A stretch of DNA of 64,000 nucleotides from Candidatus Latescibacterota bacterium (GTDB taxonomy: Bacteria; Latescibacterota; UBA2968), in the NCBI GenBank assembly GCA_965198115.1, contig OZ240241.1, forward strand, positions 2,240,001 through 2,304,000, written 5' to 3'. The notes under the pieces were generated by a model, which saw nothing but the letters and a program-made list of their open reading frames with translations, was not told where the DNA came from and did not search any database. Of the stretch, positions 29,058 through 40,436 are shown piece by piece; positions within the stretch are counted from its first letter, which is position 1; the number at the start of each line of letters is the position of its first letter. Position numbers and translations under genes: made by a program.

Positions 29058-29624
29058 ATGCTGGAGGCCGTCGTCATTCGAAAAATTAAACGACCAATAG
29101 CGATGATCCGCTGGCCGGCCTATGTCGTGGGCGTGGATCGTCACGGCCGGTGGCTCTTCAGCCCCAAGGGCACGATCTGCAGAGGCCAATCCGGTTCGAA
29201 TATCGGCGAGAACGAAGTCGGTCGGGGGAATCGAGACGCCAGTCAACCTGTGATGCACCTGATCCCGAACATTGGCTGGTGGACGGCAGCCTGGAGTCGA
29301 GAGCCCGAGGTCACGATCAGCGTCGACGTCTGCACGCCACCGAGATGGATCGATGGAGAGTGGCACTACATCGACCTCGAACTCGATCCCACCTCGCGCA
29401 GCGGCCGTGTAGAGATCCACGATGAAGACGAGTTTGTTGCCGCGTGCGAGGAGGGACTGATTTCGCGTGAGGAGGCCGTTGAGGCGCGTGCTGCTGCAGT
29501 GGAAATCGAACGAAGCTTACAGCAAGGTGAGGAACCTTTTGGCTGCTCGGGCTGGAACAAGCTGGACGAGGCGTTGAGCTTGAAGTTGCCCCCGATCAGG
29601 GACCTGCGACACGTCGAGTCATAG
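29058..29624 (+). CDS. DUF402-family protein
   Basis: SVDVCTPP, YIDLELD, IHDEDEF. Confidence 0.75.
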   Translation: MLEAVVIRKIKRPIAMIRWPAYVVGVDRHGRWLFSPKGTICRGQSGSNIGENEVGRGNRDASQPVMHLIPNIGWWTAAWSREPEVTISVDVCTPPRWIDGEWHYIDLELDPTSRSGRVEIHDEDEFVAACEEGLISREEAVEARAAAVEIERSLQQGEEPFGCSGWNKLDEALSLKLPPIRDLRHVES

Positions 29625-29929
29625 AGAAGATTGAAAATTGTCTACAATCACTCCTCTCCCCTTGATCAAGCAGCCTTCGGCCTTCACCGATCCCGACTGG
29701 CTGTTCGAAGTCAAGTATGATGGATTCCGCAGTCTCGCCTACATCGGCGACGGAACGTGCAGATTGGTTTCACGCAACGGAAACACCTACCAGCGGTTCA
29801 AAAGCCTTGTGAAGGCCTTGTCGGACCTGCAAAGCGAAACGATCCTGGACGGAGAGTTGGCGTGCGTTGACGACGAAGGTCTCTCGCAGTTCGACGACCT
29901 GATGTTCGCGCAGTCGCCCGCCCTTTTCT

Positions 29930-31349
29930 GGCTCTATCCGGGTTTCTCAACGGTGAAACTATAGAATGACAAGGTCATAGATCGTTCCCTACGCTTGGTT
30001 GTGTGTGTAGGACAATCAAAGCGAAGGGGGTGCGACCTATGACCGGGAGCAGATTACTATCGAAACTGCTGAGATTCAAGGGGTTCCGTGTTGTCAGCTG
30101 GTGGTTTGAGGGGAGAAGCTGTTTCGTCATCGCCGTAAAGCCCCATAAGAATGGTTGTTGTTGTCCGGAGTGCGGCCGTCGAGGTAAAATCGTCCGCACA
30201 ATGCCCCATCCGCGTCGGTGGCGTGACATTCCGGTGTGCGGGTGGAGGGTCTGGCTTCTCTACCATCCTCGGGAGATTCGGTGTCCTACCCACGGTCGTG
30301 TGGTCGAGGAGATTCCGTGGGCGGAGCGGTTCTCTCGGGTGACGTATCGCTTCGAGTATGCCATGCTGCGCTACTGCCAGACCATGACGCAGAAGGCGGC
30401 GTCCGAGTTGCTGCGCATCTCTGCCTCGACGCTGTCGGATCTCCTTCACCGATCCATCACGCGGCTTCGTGAAGGTCATCGTATCCGAGGGCTCAAAACC
30501 ATCGGGATCGACGAGATCTCCTACGCCAAGCGTCACAGGTACGCCACGCTCGTTTACGATCTGGACCGCTCCTGCGTGGTGTGGGTTGGCCGCGGCAGGG
30601 CGCGTAAAACGATCGATCGGTTCTTCACAGAGGCTCTCAGTCCCTACCAGAGATCCAAGATCGAGTGGGCCTGCTGCGACATGAGCGAAGCTTACATCGG
30701 AGCCATCCAGGAACACTGTCCGAATGCCAAGCTGGTCCTCGATCGCTTTCACATCGTCAAGGCTCTCAATGCCGCCGTTGACGAGGTCCGTAAGGACCAG
30801 TGGCGTAAAGCTGCCCCGGATGAGCGCAAAGCCATGAAGGGCCTCCGATGGCTCCTCTACCGGCACTCAGCGACACGCTCCAGAGGGGATACTCGGACAC
30901 TCAAAGCACTGGAGAAGGCGAACTACCGAATCTATAGAGCCTGGAGACTCAAGGACGAGTTCGAGCAGTTCTGGGAATACAAAGCGCCCTGGGCTGCCGA
31001 ACGCTTCCTGAAATGCTGGACGACGTCCGCACTCAGAAGTCGACTTGAACCCCTGCGAAAGTTCGTCAGGACCCTGCGACAGCACTTCTTCGGCGTCCTC
31101 GCATTCGTGAACACGCGTCTTACCAACGCCATCGCCGAAGGCCTCAACCGAATCGTCCAAATCGTCAAGAACCGAGCCAGCGGATTCCGCACACTCGACG
31201 CATTCAACGATATGATCTTCCTTACCGTCGGAGACATAAACATCCCTGAGCAGATTCCGAAGAGGTTCCGCACACTCTAACCGCGCCCCCATGCCAGGAA
31301 CCACGGCACCTTCACCCACTTCATCTCGTTGAGAGATCCGGATATAGCC
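29930..31349 (+). mobile_element. ISL3-family element, copy 1 (1420 bp)
   Basis: IRs GGCTCTATCCGGGTTTCTCAACG / rc GGCTATATCCGGATCTCTCAACG; 8-bp duplication CCTTTTCT at 29922-29929 and 31350-31357. Confidence 0.95.
30003..31280 (+). CDS. ISL3-family transposase
   Basis: Zn finger CPECG, IGIDE, CCDM, DRFH, TNAIAEGLN. Confidence 0.94.
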   Translation: MCRTIKAKGVRPMTGSRLLSKLLRFKGFRVVSWWFEGRSCFVIAVKPHKNGCCCPECGRRGKIVRTMPHPRRWRDIPVCGWRVWLLYHPREIRCPTHGRVVEEIPWAERFSRVTYRFEYAMLRYCQTMTQKAASELLRISASTLSDLLHRSITRLREGHRIRGLKTIGIDEISYAKRHRYATLVYDLDRSCVVWVGRGRARKTIDRFFTEALSPYQRSKIEWACCDMSEAYIGAIQEHCPNAKLVLDRFHIVKALNAAVDEVRKDQWRKAAPDERKAMKGLRWLLYRHSATRSRGDTRTLKALEKANYRIYRAWRLKDEFEQFWEYKAPWAAERFLKCWTTSALRSRLEPLRKFVRTLRQHFFGVLAFVNTRLTNAIAEGLNRIVQIVKNRASGFRTLDAFNDMIFLTVGDINIPEQIPKRFRTL

Positions 31350-31747
31350 CCTTTTCTTCGCCTTCGACATTCTGGCACTCGACGGCGAGGATTTGCGGGA
31401 GAGACCCTGCATCGAACGGAAGCAGATGCTAAAGGATCTAGTCGAGACCGGCGTTCCGAGGCTCCACTACGTCGACCACGTCGAGGGTGAGGGCGAACAG
31501 CTGTTCGACCTGATCTGCGAACGCGACATGGAGGGCATCGTCGCGAAACCAAGGGCAAGCCGATATCGGGAAGTGAACGGAAAGACACCCTGGATCAAGA
31601 TCAAGAACCCCGACTATTCGCAGGCCGAGGACCGGGGAGAGCTATTCAACCCATCGGCGGAAGAAAATCAGAAGCCGACGTGAAGACTTCACTCGGACAC
31701 GAGGAGCGCACCTACGAGGCGGGCGGCATGGAACTCCGGGGAACAAC

Positions 31748-32224
31748 GTGAAAGCTCGATCGCGAAGAACAAGAATCAAAGATCCCGATGTTGCTGCGGT
31801 CTTCCAATCCTACCCGAAAACCTTGCGACCAAAGCTGATGGCTCTCCGGCAACTGATCATCGAGACCGCCGCCGCGACGGAAGGGGTGGGAGGGATAGAA
31901 GAAACGCTCAAGTGGGGGGAGCCAAGCTATCTGACAGCAGAATCCAAGAGTGGATCTACGATCAGAATCGCCTGGAAGGAAGCTCACAGCGACCAGGTCG
32001 GGATCTATTTCAAGTGCACAACCAATCTGGTAGACACGTTCAGGGAACGCTACCCGACGGAATTTCGATACGGGGGAACTCGGTGTATCATCTTCGACAA
32101 AGATGATCCGATTCCGGTGGGCAAACTACGACGATGTATCGCGTTAGCCCTCACCTACCACCTAAACAAAAAGTTGGAGCAAGAAGCCAGGTGGGAAACC
32201 GTAGAGAAGCGATTCACAAAATGA
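31748..32224 (+). CDS. DUF1801 (YdhG-like) protein
   Basis: EETLKWGEPSY, SGSTIRI, ALTYH. Confidence 0.82.
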   Translation: MKARSRRTRIKDPDVAAVFQSYPKTLRPKLMALRQLIIETAAATEGVGGIEETLKWGEPSYLTAESKSGSTIRIAWKEAHSDQVGIYFKCTTNLVDTFRERYPTEFRYGGTRCIIFDKDDPIPVGKLRRCIALALTYHLNKKLEQEARWETVEKRFTK

Positions 32225-32440
32225 GGATCGTCTTGGGACGAAGTCGTCGGAGGTGAGGACCAGAGAATCTGTCGACATTCCCCGGTTCATGAGCAACCCA
32301 CCCGTCGTCCTGATAGAACAGATGAACAGATCCAGCCGACTTTTGACTGTTTGAACGTGCGACCCTTCCCTACCTTGGCCTGAAGGCTGGACTACGCGTG
32401 TCGATGTGTCTGCCTAACCGTCCGATTTTGTGGGAGACCT

Positions 32441-33343
32441 ATGGCCGATAGCCCGTATGTCATGACCGATGAGGAAAAGTAATACTTCGACCTCCGGGGG
32501 TATCTCATCCTCCGAAACGTGCTTTCTCGGGAGAAGGTCGAAGCCTGCAATCACGCCATCGATCAGTTTGCCGACCGGATCGTGCCAAGCAAAGAAATCG
32601 GCGTCCTCTCCCGGGGCTCGGAAGCGCTGGCTGGTGAAGGCCGGAACGAACTGCGAGGCATGCTCGGCTGGCCCGAACCCTACCGCACTCCCTTCCGCAG
32701 GCTTCTGGTCCACCCGATGGTCGTATCTCGCCTCAACGAACTCTGTGGCAAAGGGTTCCGACTCGACCACGGCCCTCAACTCATCATCACCGAAAGAGGG
32801 TCCGAGGGCCATTGGTTGCACGGCTCGGGCGAACCCTTTAACCCAGCCGTCGGCTACCACCAGCAGAACGGCAGAATCTTCGCTCGAGGTGTGACCGTCT
32901 CGTGGCAGCTCACCGACGTCAACGCCGGCGATGGCGGCTTCGTCATCGTCCCCGGCAGTCACAAGAACGCCGAGCCCACGCCCGAAGACCTGCGTCTGAT
33001 GAAAGACGACATGGGCGTCGTAGAACAGCCTGTCTTGAAAGCCGGCGACGTTCTCTTCTTCTGCGAAACGGCCACCCACGGCACGTTGCCCTGGAAAAGC
33101 GGCAGCCAACGCCGCTCTCTGTTATACAAGTACGCCGAACGGGGTGCCGCCCGATCCGTGGGCCGGTACTTCACGCCGCAGGAGCGCCACGGCGAATGGA
33201 CGAACGAACTCACCCCCGAGCAGCAGGCGCTCCTCTACGGCCCCGGGATGCATCGCGACGGCAAGGAGGTGCTTATTCCCGCAATTGACTCGGATGGGGA
33301 GAAGGTCTGGTTGTCGGACGAGGAGATTCGAATATTCGGGTAG
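32441..33343 (+). pseudogene. PhyH-family Fe/2OG dioxygenase with an in-frame TAA at codon 14
   Basis: MADSPYVMTDEEK*YFDLRGYLILRNVL; TAA at 32480-32482; IVPGSHK, THGTLPW. Confidence 0.8.
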
Positions 33344-33395
33344 GTACGAGGCGTGACTCTCCCACGTCGTTCAGGAACGACATTGCGAGGCTATT

Positions 33396-34340
33396 ATGGA
33401 CGCCAAAGAACGCTACCTCTGGGATCTGAAAGGACATCTGATCCTCCGCGACGTCCTTGGCAAAGAGGAACTCAAAGCCGCAAACGACGCCATCGACTTC
33501 TGCGCCGACCGCATCACGCCGGGCGATGCAAACCGTTTGTCAAGAGGCTCGACTTTTCTCCAAGGGCTGGGGCGGCCCGGGTTGCGGGGCACCAATCTGC
33601 TCGACATCGAGAAGCCTCACTGTAACATCTTTCGGAAACTACTGGTCCACCCAGTCGTCATGTCCCGTCTGAAAGTCATGTGCGGCCAGGGCTTCCGTCT
33701 CGACCACGGCCCCCAGTTCATCGGTGGCGTCAAGGGTACCTCCGGGCACGCCCTCCACGGCTCCGGAGCCCCCCATAAACCCTATGTCGCCTACCGAAAC
33801 AGGCACGGTGAGATGCACTGCGCCGGCGTCACCGTCTCCTGGCAACTGGCTAAGGTTCCCGCAGGCAAAGGCGGCTTCGCCTGCGTCCCCGGCTCCCACA
33901 GATCCGACTTCGACATGCCCGAAGGCGTGCGCACCGTCGACAGCGACATGGGCACTTCCATCAACCCCGAAGCCAACCCGGGCGACGTCGTCTTCTTTAT
34001 GGACGGGGCACAGACCCACGGCACCTATCCCTGGGTGAACGACCACGAGCGCCGTTCCATCCTCTACAAGTTCGCTTCACGCACCGCTGTGCGCACCGGT
34101 GTCTCCGTCCAGATGGCGCCCCCGGAAATCTACTGGGAAGAGAACATTGTCGAAGGTATGGAACCGGAAGAGCGAGCTGTCATGTTTGGCCCCTGCTCGG
34201 GTCACGGAGGCCTGGTTCCTTCTCTGGACGTCACTGAAGACGGCTCACTCATCGTCGAGGGTGGCGACGAAACCAAAGCGCCCCCTACGGCCGATGGACT
34301 ACCACGACGAACGTCTCAGAAAGCCACGCCGACAGGGTAG
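33396..34340 (+). CDS. PhyH-family Fe/2OG dioxygenase (H-G-S variant)
   Basis: RLDHGPQ, LHGSG, CVPGSH, THGTYPW, RRSILYKF; paralog of the upstream gene. Confidence 0.85.
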   Translation: MDAKERYLWDLKGHLILRDVLGKEELKAANDAIDFCADRITPGDANRLSRGSTFLQGLGRPGLRGTNLLDIEKPHCNIFRKLLVHPVVMSRLKVMCGQGFRLDHGPQFIGGVKGTSGHALHGSGAPHKPYVAYRNRHGEMHCAGVTVSWQLAKVPAGKGGFACVPGSHRSDFDMPEGVRTVDSDMGTSINPEANPGDVVFFMDGAQTHGTYPWVNDHERRSILYKFASRTAVRTGVSVQMAPPEIYWEENIVEGMEPEERAVMFGPCSGHGGLVPSLDVTEDGSLIVEGGDETKAPPTADGLPRRTSQKATPTG

Positions 34341-34370
34341 GGCTCTTAGACCCAACCAAAAGGATTTCCC

Positions 34371-34408
34371 AGCCTCGCAGGTCGCGCACCGGCGGGGCTT
34401 CTTGTTGT
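34371..34408 (+). terminator. Possible intrinsic terminator
   Basis: GC-rich imperfect stem AGCCTCGC...GCGGGGCT followed by TCTTGTTGT, 30 bp after the stop codon. Confidence 0.4.
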
Positions 34409-34417
34409 GCTTAGGAT

Positions 34418-34670
34418 CCGAATCTGACCGACCCGGAGCATTCGTTCGGGTTGGCCACGCGGGATCTGCTGCCGATCGGTCTGGTGGGTGTGATGCTGGC
34501 TTCGATGACCGCGGCGGTCATATCGTCGTTTGATTCGTTTATGGTAGATGGGTCCGCACTCTTCGTCGAGAATTTCTACAAACCGTAGATTCGTTCCGAT
34601 TCGCCGGAGAAGCACTGCATGAACGTAGGACGCGTTGCCGCGGTGGGAGTCGTGGCTGCAGGTCTTGCCT
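34418..34670 (+). pseudogene. Internal fragment of a sodium:solute symporter
   Basis: PNLTDPEHSFGLATRDLLPIGLVGVMLASMTAAVISSFDSFMVDGSALFVENFYKP*IRSDSPEKHCMNVGRVAAVGVV, typical of SSS central helices; contains an in-frame TAG. Confidence 0.72.
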
Positions 34671-35415
34671 GCTCCGGCCTGTCGGAGTCGGTCACGAGAG
34701 CGTGAAATTCTCCGTGCTGTTCGTGGCCGGCTCGAGCCACTGGAAACGACATCCAGGTCGCATGGTTTTTCCGTTGGATCTCTTTAGACAAGAATCATAT
34801 TCTCGTCACACATAGACACCGGCATCTGTTCGTCGCTGGCAGATCTGAATGAGCCAGTGAAACTTGAAGCCAGTGGCGATCTCCAGGTACTCTCGTTACA
34901 ATGTGCTCCAATGAGGGTGATTGGGGCGGCACGATGTTCAGGTGAGAGATTATTCATGATCCGGACATTCGTAGACACGCTGTATCCCGTTGCTTATTCG
35001 ATTCGGCTCGTGACAACCGCCGTAGTTCTCTCCATGTCATCCGTGTCTCAGGCAGGGGGATCCGAACCAACTCTGGCCCGGTTGTCTTTCTGGGTGCCTG
35101 GTGAGGCTACGAGATTCGAGGTCGATTATCGGGCTAGGGTCCTTCCGATTCTCCAGCGCCACGGACTTCGGGCATCTTCGAGAACCGCTCGGGCGACCCC
35201 TGACAGCGTGTTCAGCCGGCTGTTCGAGTTCGAGACACCGAGCGAGCTCCGGCGGGTGTGGGACATCTTACGGCAAGACGCGGGATGGCTGAAAGTCATG
35301 CGTAGACTGGCCACGGATCGGATCGTAAACGAGGACGGCCTGATAAGGCATCGCTTCGAAATCTACACAACACCTGTCGGACAGGGCCGGATTGTGAATC
35401 AGACCGCTTAAAAAG

Positions 35416-36835
35416 GGCTATATCCGGATCTCTCAACGAGATGAAGTGGGTGAAGGTGCCGTGGTTCCTGGCATGGGGGCGCGGTTAGCGTGTGCGGAAC
35501 CTCTTCGGAATCTGCTCAGGGATGTTTATGTCTCCGACGGTAAGGAAGATCATATCGTTGAATGCGTCGAGTGTGCGGAATCCGCTGGCTCGGTTCTTGA
35601 CGATTTGGACGATTCGGTTGAGGCCTTCGGCGATGGCGTTGGTAAGACGCGTGTTCACGAATGCGAGGACGCCGAAGAAGTGCTGTCGCAGGGTCCTGAC
35701 GAACTTTCGCAGGGGTTCAAGTCGACTTCTGAGTGCGGACGTCGTCCAGCATTTCAGGAAGCGTTCGGCAGCCCAGGGCGCTTTGTATTCCCAGAACTGC
35801 TCGAACTCGTCCTTGAGTCTCCAGGCTCTATAGATTCGGTAGTTCGCCTTCTCCAGTGCTTTGAGTGTCCGAGTATCCCCTCTGGAGCGTGTCGCTGAGT
35901 GCCGGTAGAGGAGCCATCGGAGGCCCTTCATGGCTTTGCGCTCATCCGGGGCAGCTTTACGCCACTGGTCCTTACGGACCTCGTCAACGGCGGCATTGAG
36001 AGCCTTGACGATGTGAAAGCGATCGAGGACCAGCTTGGCATTCGGACAGTGTTCCTGGATGGCTCCGATGTAAGCTTCGCTCATGTCGCAGCAGGCCCAC
36101 TCGATCTTGGATCTCCGGTAGGGACTGAGAGCCTCTGTGAAGAACCGATCGATCGTTTTACGCGCCCTGCCGCGGCCAACCCACACCACGCAGGAGCGGT
36201 CCAGATCGTAAACGAGCGTGGCGTACCTGTGACGCTTGGCGTAGGAGATCTCGTCGATCCCGATGGTTTTGAGCCCTCGGATACGATGACCTTCACGAAG
36301 CCGCGTGATGGATCGGTGAAGGAGATCCGACAGCGTCGAGGCAGAGATGCGCAGTAACTCGGACGCCGCCTTCTGCGTCATGGTCTGGCAGTAGCGCAGC
36401 ATGGCATACTCGAAGCGATACGTCACCCGAGAGAACCGCTCCGCCCACGGAATCTCCTCGACCACACGACCGTGGGTAGGACACCGAATCTCCCGAGGAT
36501 GGTAGAGAAGCCAGACCCTCCACCCGCACACCGGAATGTCACGCCACCGACGCGGATGGGGCATTGTGCGGACGATTTTACCTCGACGGCCGCACTCCGG
36601 ACAACAACAACCATTCTTATGTGGCTTTACGGCGATGACGAAACAGCTTCTCCCCTCAAACCACCAGCTGACAACACGGAACCCCTTGAATCTCAGCAGT
36701 TTCGATAGTAATCTGCTCCCGGTCATAGGTCGCACCCCCTTCGCTTTGATTGTCCTACACACACAACCAAGCGTAGGGAACGATCTATGACCTTGTCATT
36801 CTATAGTTTCACCGTTGAGAAACCCGGATAGAGCC
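35416..36835 (-). mobile_element. ISL3-family element, copy 2 (1420 bp)
   Basis: Near-identical to copy 1; 8-bp duplication TTAAAAAG at 35408-35415 and 36836-36843. Confidence 0.95.
35485..36762 (-). CDS. ISL3-family transposase
   Basis: Differs from the copy-1 protein at two residues. Confidence 0.94.
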   Translation of the reverse strand: MCRTIKAKGVRPMTGSRLLSKLLRFKGFRVVSWWFEGRSCFVIAVKPHKNGCCCPECGRRGKIVRTMPHPRRWRDIPVCGWRVWLLYHPREIRCPTHGRVVEEIPWAERFSRVTYRFEYAMLRYCQTMTQKAASELLRISASTLSDLLHRSITRLREGHRIRGLKTIGIDEISYAKRHRYATLVYDLDRSCVVWVGRGRARKTIDRFFTEALSPYRRSKIEWACCDMSEAYIGAIQEHCPNAKLVLDRFHIVKALNAAVDEVRKDQWRKAAPDERKAMKGLRWLLYRHSATRSRGDTRTLKALEKANYRIYRAWRLKDEFEQFWEYKAPWAAERFLKCWTTSALRSRLEPLRKFVRTLRQHFFGVLAFVNTRLTNAIAEGLNRIVQIVKNRASGFRTLDAFNDMIFLTVGDINIPEQIPKRFRTR

Positions 36836-39800
36836 TTAAAAAGGCCGGTGGAAAGTCCTGGACATTACGAGCGGGCTCGTTCACGGAGTCGTACAGTCAT
36901 CCCTGCAGGATCAAGAAGGTTATCTCTGGTTCGGGACCAAGAATGGCGTGAGCCGGTATGATGGGAATACATTTACGACACTGACTCGAGAGGACGGGCT
37001 GGCGAACAACGAAATCCAGGCGATGCTCCAGGATCGAGAAGGTGACCTCTGGTTCGGGACCAAAGGGGGTGTCAGCCGATACGATGGGAAGACTTTTGTG
37101 ACTTGGACCGAAGAAGACGGGCTGGCAAGTAATATCGTGCGTTCAATCGTGCAGGATCGAGAGGGGTATCTGTGGTTCGGTACGGAGGCTGGTGTCAGCC
37201 GTTATGATGGGAAATCTCGCTCCTCGAGCGACCCTGATACAGAGACTTCAGAGCATATCGAGCAGACCTTCACGACCTGGACTGAAGAGGGCGGGCTTAC
37301 GAATAATAACGTACGAGCTGTCGTTCAGGATCGAGAAGGGTATCTGTGGTTCGGAACAGACGGAGGCGTGAGTCGGTATGGCTCTTCTTTGGATCTTGGG
37401 CTCACGGATTCAGGTCGCTCACACCAGCCCCGCAAGAGGACTTTCAAGAACCTAACGACAGATGATGGCTTGGTTCACAATCAAGTGTTTTCGCTGGCCC
37501 AGGACAAAGAGGGATACCTCTGGTTCGGCACCAGGGGTGGTGTGAGCAAGTACGATGGAAAAGTATTCACGAACTTTACGACGTCAGAGGGTCTGCCGAC
37601 TAATCGGGTAAGCACGTTACACGCGGATAAGGAAGGAACGGTCTGGATCGGCACGAGAGGCGGCGGTGTTTGTCAGTATGACTCAGTCTCGTTTGAAGAA
37701 ACAGGTCGGGCATTCACCACCTTCACGACGGAAGATGGCCTTGCCCACGGCTGGGTGTACTCGATCATTCGGGATCGGGAAGGGTATCTCTGGTTTGGCA
37801 CAAGGGCCGGCGTGAGCCGGTATGATGAGCATTACCTTACGACCTTTACTCAAGATGACGGACTGGCATCCCGTGCGGTCAACACGGTCCTCGAGGACAA
37901 TACTGGAGACTTATGGTTCGGTACCTGGGATGGCGCTATTCGGTATGACGGGAAGACGTTCACGACGTTTTCTTCGGCCGACGGGCTCATCGACGATGAT
38001 GTGTGGTCGCTTTTTCAGGACTCGGTTGGAAACATCTGGGTCGGTACCAACGGTGGGCTGAGTCGATTCGATGGCAGGATCTTCACGAATTTCACGACTC
38101 AGGACGGGCTGCCGGACGACGAAGTGAGTGCGATCCTTCAGGCTCGGGACGGGACGCTCTGGTTCGGGACGGAGGATGGTGTGAGCCGGTATGATGGAGA
38201 GACATTCACCAACTTTACGACCGAAGCCGGCCTGGCTGACAACGAAGTTGAATCGGTCTTCCAGGACCGAGACGGAACATTCTGGTTTGGGACCGAGGGA
38301 GGCTTGAGCCGCTATGACGGCAAGACTTTCACGAATTTCACAACAGAAGATGGCCTGGCAGGAAACGATGTGCGGTCGATCTTTCAGGATCGCGCCGGGA
38401 TGCTCTGGTTTGGAACCTGGGGAGGTGGCGCCAGCTGCTATGATGGGCAGATTTTTCAGACGCTCACACGCAGAGATGGTCTGTCAAGTAACTCGGTGGT
38501 CTCGATTCTTCAGGACCACAATGGCGACCTCTGGTTTGCCAACCCCGACAACGGCGTAACGCGTTATCGAATGCGATCGGCGGTGCCACCTTCGGTATTT
38601 ATCGACGCCGTGGTGGCAGATCGCCGTTACGAGGGATCCCGTCGTCTGGACGTACAGTACGGCGCAGGTTTAACTGCCTTTGAGTTTCGCGGAATCAGCC
38701 TCAAGACGAGACCCGAAGCGATGGTGTATCGATACAGGCTCGTTGGGCACGATCCCAACTGGTACAACACTCGAACCCGACGCGTTGAATATCAGGACCT
38801 GTCACCGGGATCATACACGTTCGAAGTGCTGGCTGTGAGCAGAGACCTAATACCTTCCGAGAAGCCGGCCACGGTTTCGTTCCGAATCCTTCTGCCCTAC
38901 GCGCAGATCGGATGGGGAGCGGCGATGAGTCTTGCTCTGGGTATGATTGTTTGGCAGGCGATCCGAATCGTTCAGCGAGGCAGGAAGCTGCACGCATCTA
39001 ATCGAGCGCTTCAAGAAGCGCACGACACACTTGAAGTGCGTGTTGTGGAGCGGACGACTGCTCTCCATGAATCAAACACCCGGCTGAAAGAGGAAGTCGC
39101 CGAGCGAGAACGTACTGAACGGAGCTTGGTACGTCTGGAGCGACTCCGAGCTCTGGGCGAGCTGTCGGCCGGCATTTCTCACAACCTGAACAACATCCTT
39201 ACCGGTGTGATGGGTCCGGCTTTGATGCTCAAGAGTCGGAACACCGATCCTGAGACGACCCGAGGAATCGAGGAGATCATCAGGAGCGGCCTGCGAGCTC
39301 GCGACCTCGTGAGTCGGCTGCACAAAGCCGTGCGCGGCCAGGATGACGGCACTGAGCCTGTGGACGTGAACATCGTAGTTCAAAATGCGGTCCAGGATGC
39401 ACGACCTCGGTGGAAGGATGAAGCGGAAGCAAAGGGGATTACGATCGAGGTTGTGACCGAGACGCAAGACGTGCCGACGATTCGAGGTAACACGTCCGGT
39501 ATGCACGACATCGTGATCAATCTGCTGTTCAACGCGATCGACGCCATGCCAAAGGGTGGAACCATCCACGTCAGCACGGCGCCGTGCGAGACGGGTACCC
39601 GGCTGGTGGTAACCGATACGGGCCACGGGATGGACAAAGAAACGCTCGACCGGGTGTTTGAGCCTTTTTTCACGACCAAGATGGATGTAGGTACGGGTCT
39701 CGGCCTGTCGACGGTTTATGGAACGGTGACCAGATGGGGCGGACAAATCGACCTGGAGAGCGAGCCCGGTATAGGCACAACGTTTGTCGTGAGCCTTCAG

Positions 39801-40436
39801 CGGTGGAAAGGGTTCGAACCGACCACAGACGAGTTTCCGAGAGCAACCATTCCCGGGCCGGTCGCCTCCTTATTGTCGACGACGACAACTTGGTACGTCG
39901 CTTTCTAAGTCTACTCCTGTCGCAGGAACACGAGGTAGACACGTTCCGGACTGGACCTGAAGTTCTTGACAACTTCGCGCCAGGGCGATATGACGTGGCA
40001 TTAATCGATCTGGGTATGCCAGGCATGAGGGGCGATGAGTTAGCGGGACAGCTGCGGAAGATGGATCCAACCCTTTCGACGGTGCTCGTTACGGGGTGGG
40101 AGATCGGAAGCGAGGATACCCGCGGACAGAAATTTGATTTCCTGGTGCGAAAACCGATCGAGGACTTGGACGTGCTTCGCGATGTAGTGGCGCGCGCCAT
40201 CATTCAGCACGACGTACGATCGAGAACCTGAAAAGGAAGTCAGTTCCTCGCCCACGGGAGGATAGGAAGAACAATCGAGCTTCTCTTCTCCCAAGGCAGC
40301 GGAATCCGGGTCGGGTTTTCCTCGATCGGCTCACCTGGCACCGACACAACGCTCAAAACAGCAGCACTTGCGGCTCCGCCTGACGACTCTTGATCTAACT
40401 TGCCCTCGCATTTGCAACGCTTACTCCGAACCGTAA

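Larger units (their letters stand above)
29638..31683 (+). pseudogene. Minimal ATP-dependent DNA ligase (LigD ligase-domain type) interrupted by ISL3
   Basis: EVKYDGFR (motif I), LDGE, then past the IS AFDILALDGEDLR, EGIVAK, WIKIK. Confidence 0.88.
34956..40231 (+). pseudogene. Hybrid sensor histidine kinase (propeller repeats + Y_Y_Y + TM + HisKA/HATPase + receiver), interrupted by a stop, ISL3 and a frameshift
   Basis: About 13 LWFGTxxGVSRYDG repeats; YRYRLVG...YQDLSPGSYTFEV; SHNLNN; NAIDAM; GTGLGL; receiver LLIVDDD...DLGMPG in a shifted frame near 39850. Confidence 0.88.

Noticed and set aside
29930-36835. Composite transposon or inversion between the inverted ISL3 copies
   Set aside because: Each copy keeps its own matching 8-bp duplication, so there was no co-mobilisation or inversion.
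36900-38560. Regular ~120-bp DNA repeats that could be mistaken for a CRISPR array or tandem repeat
   Set aside because: They are degenerate codons of protein propeller repeats (LWFGT..GVSRYDG). There is no invariant repeat/unique spacer structure and no cas gene.
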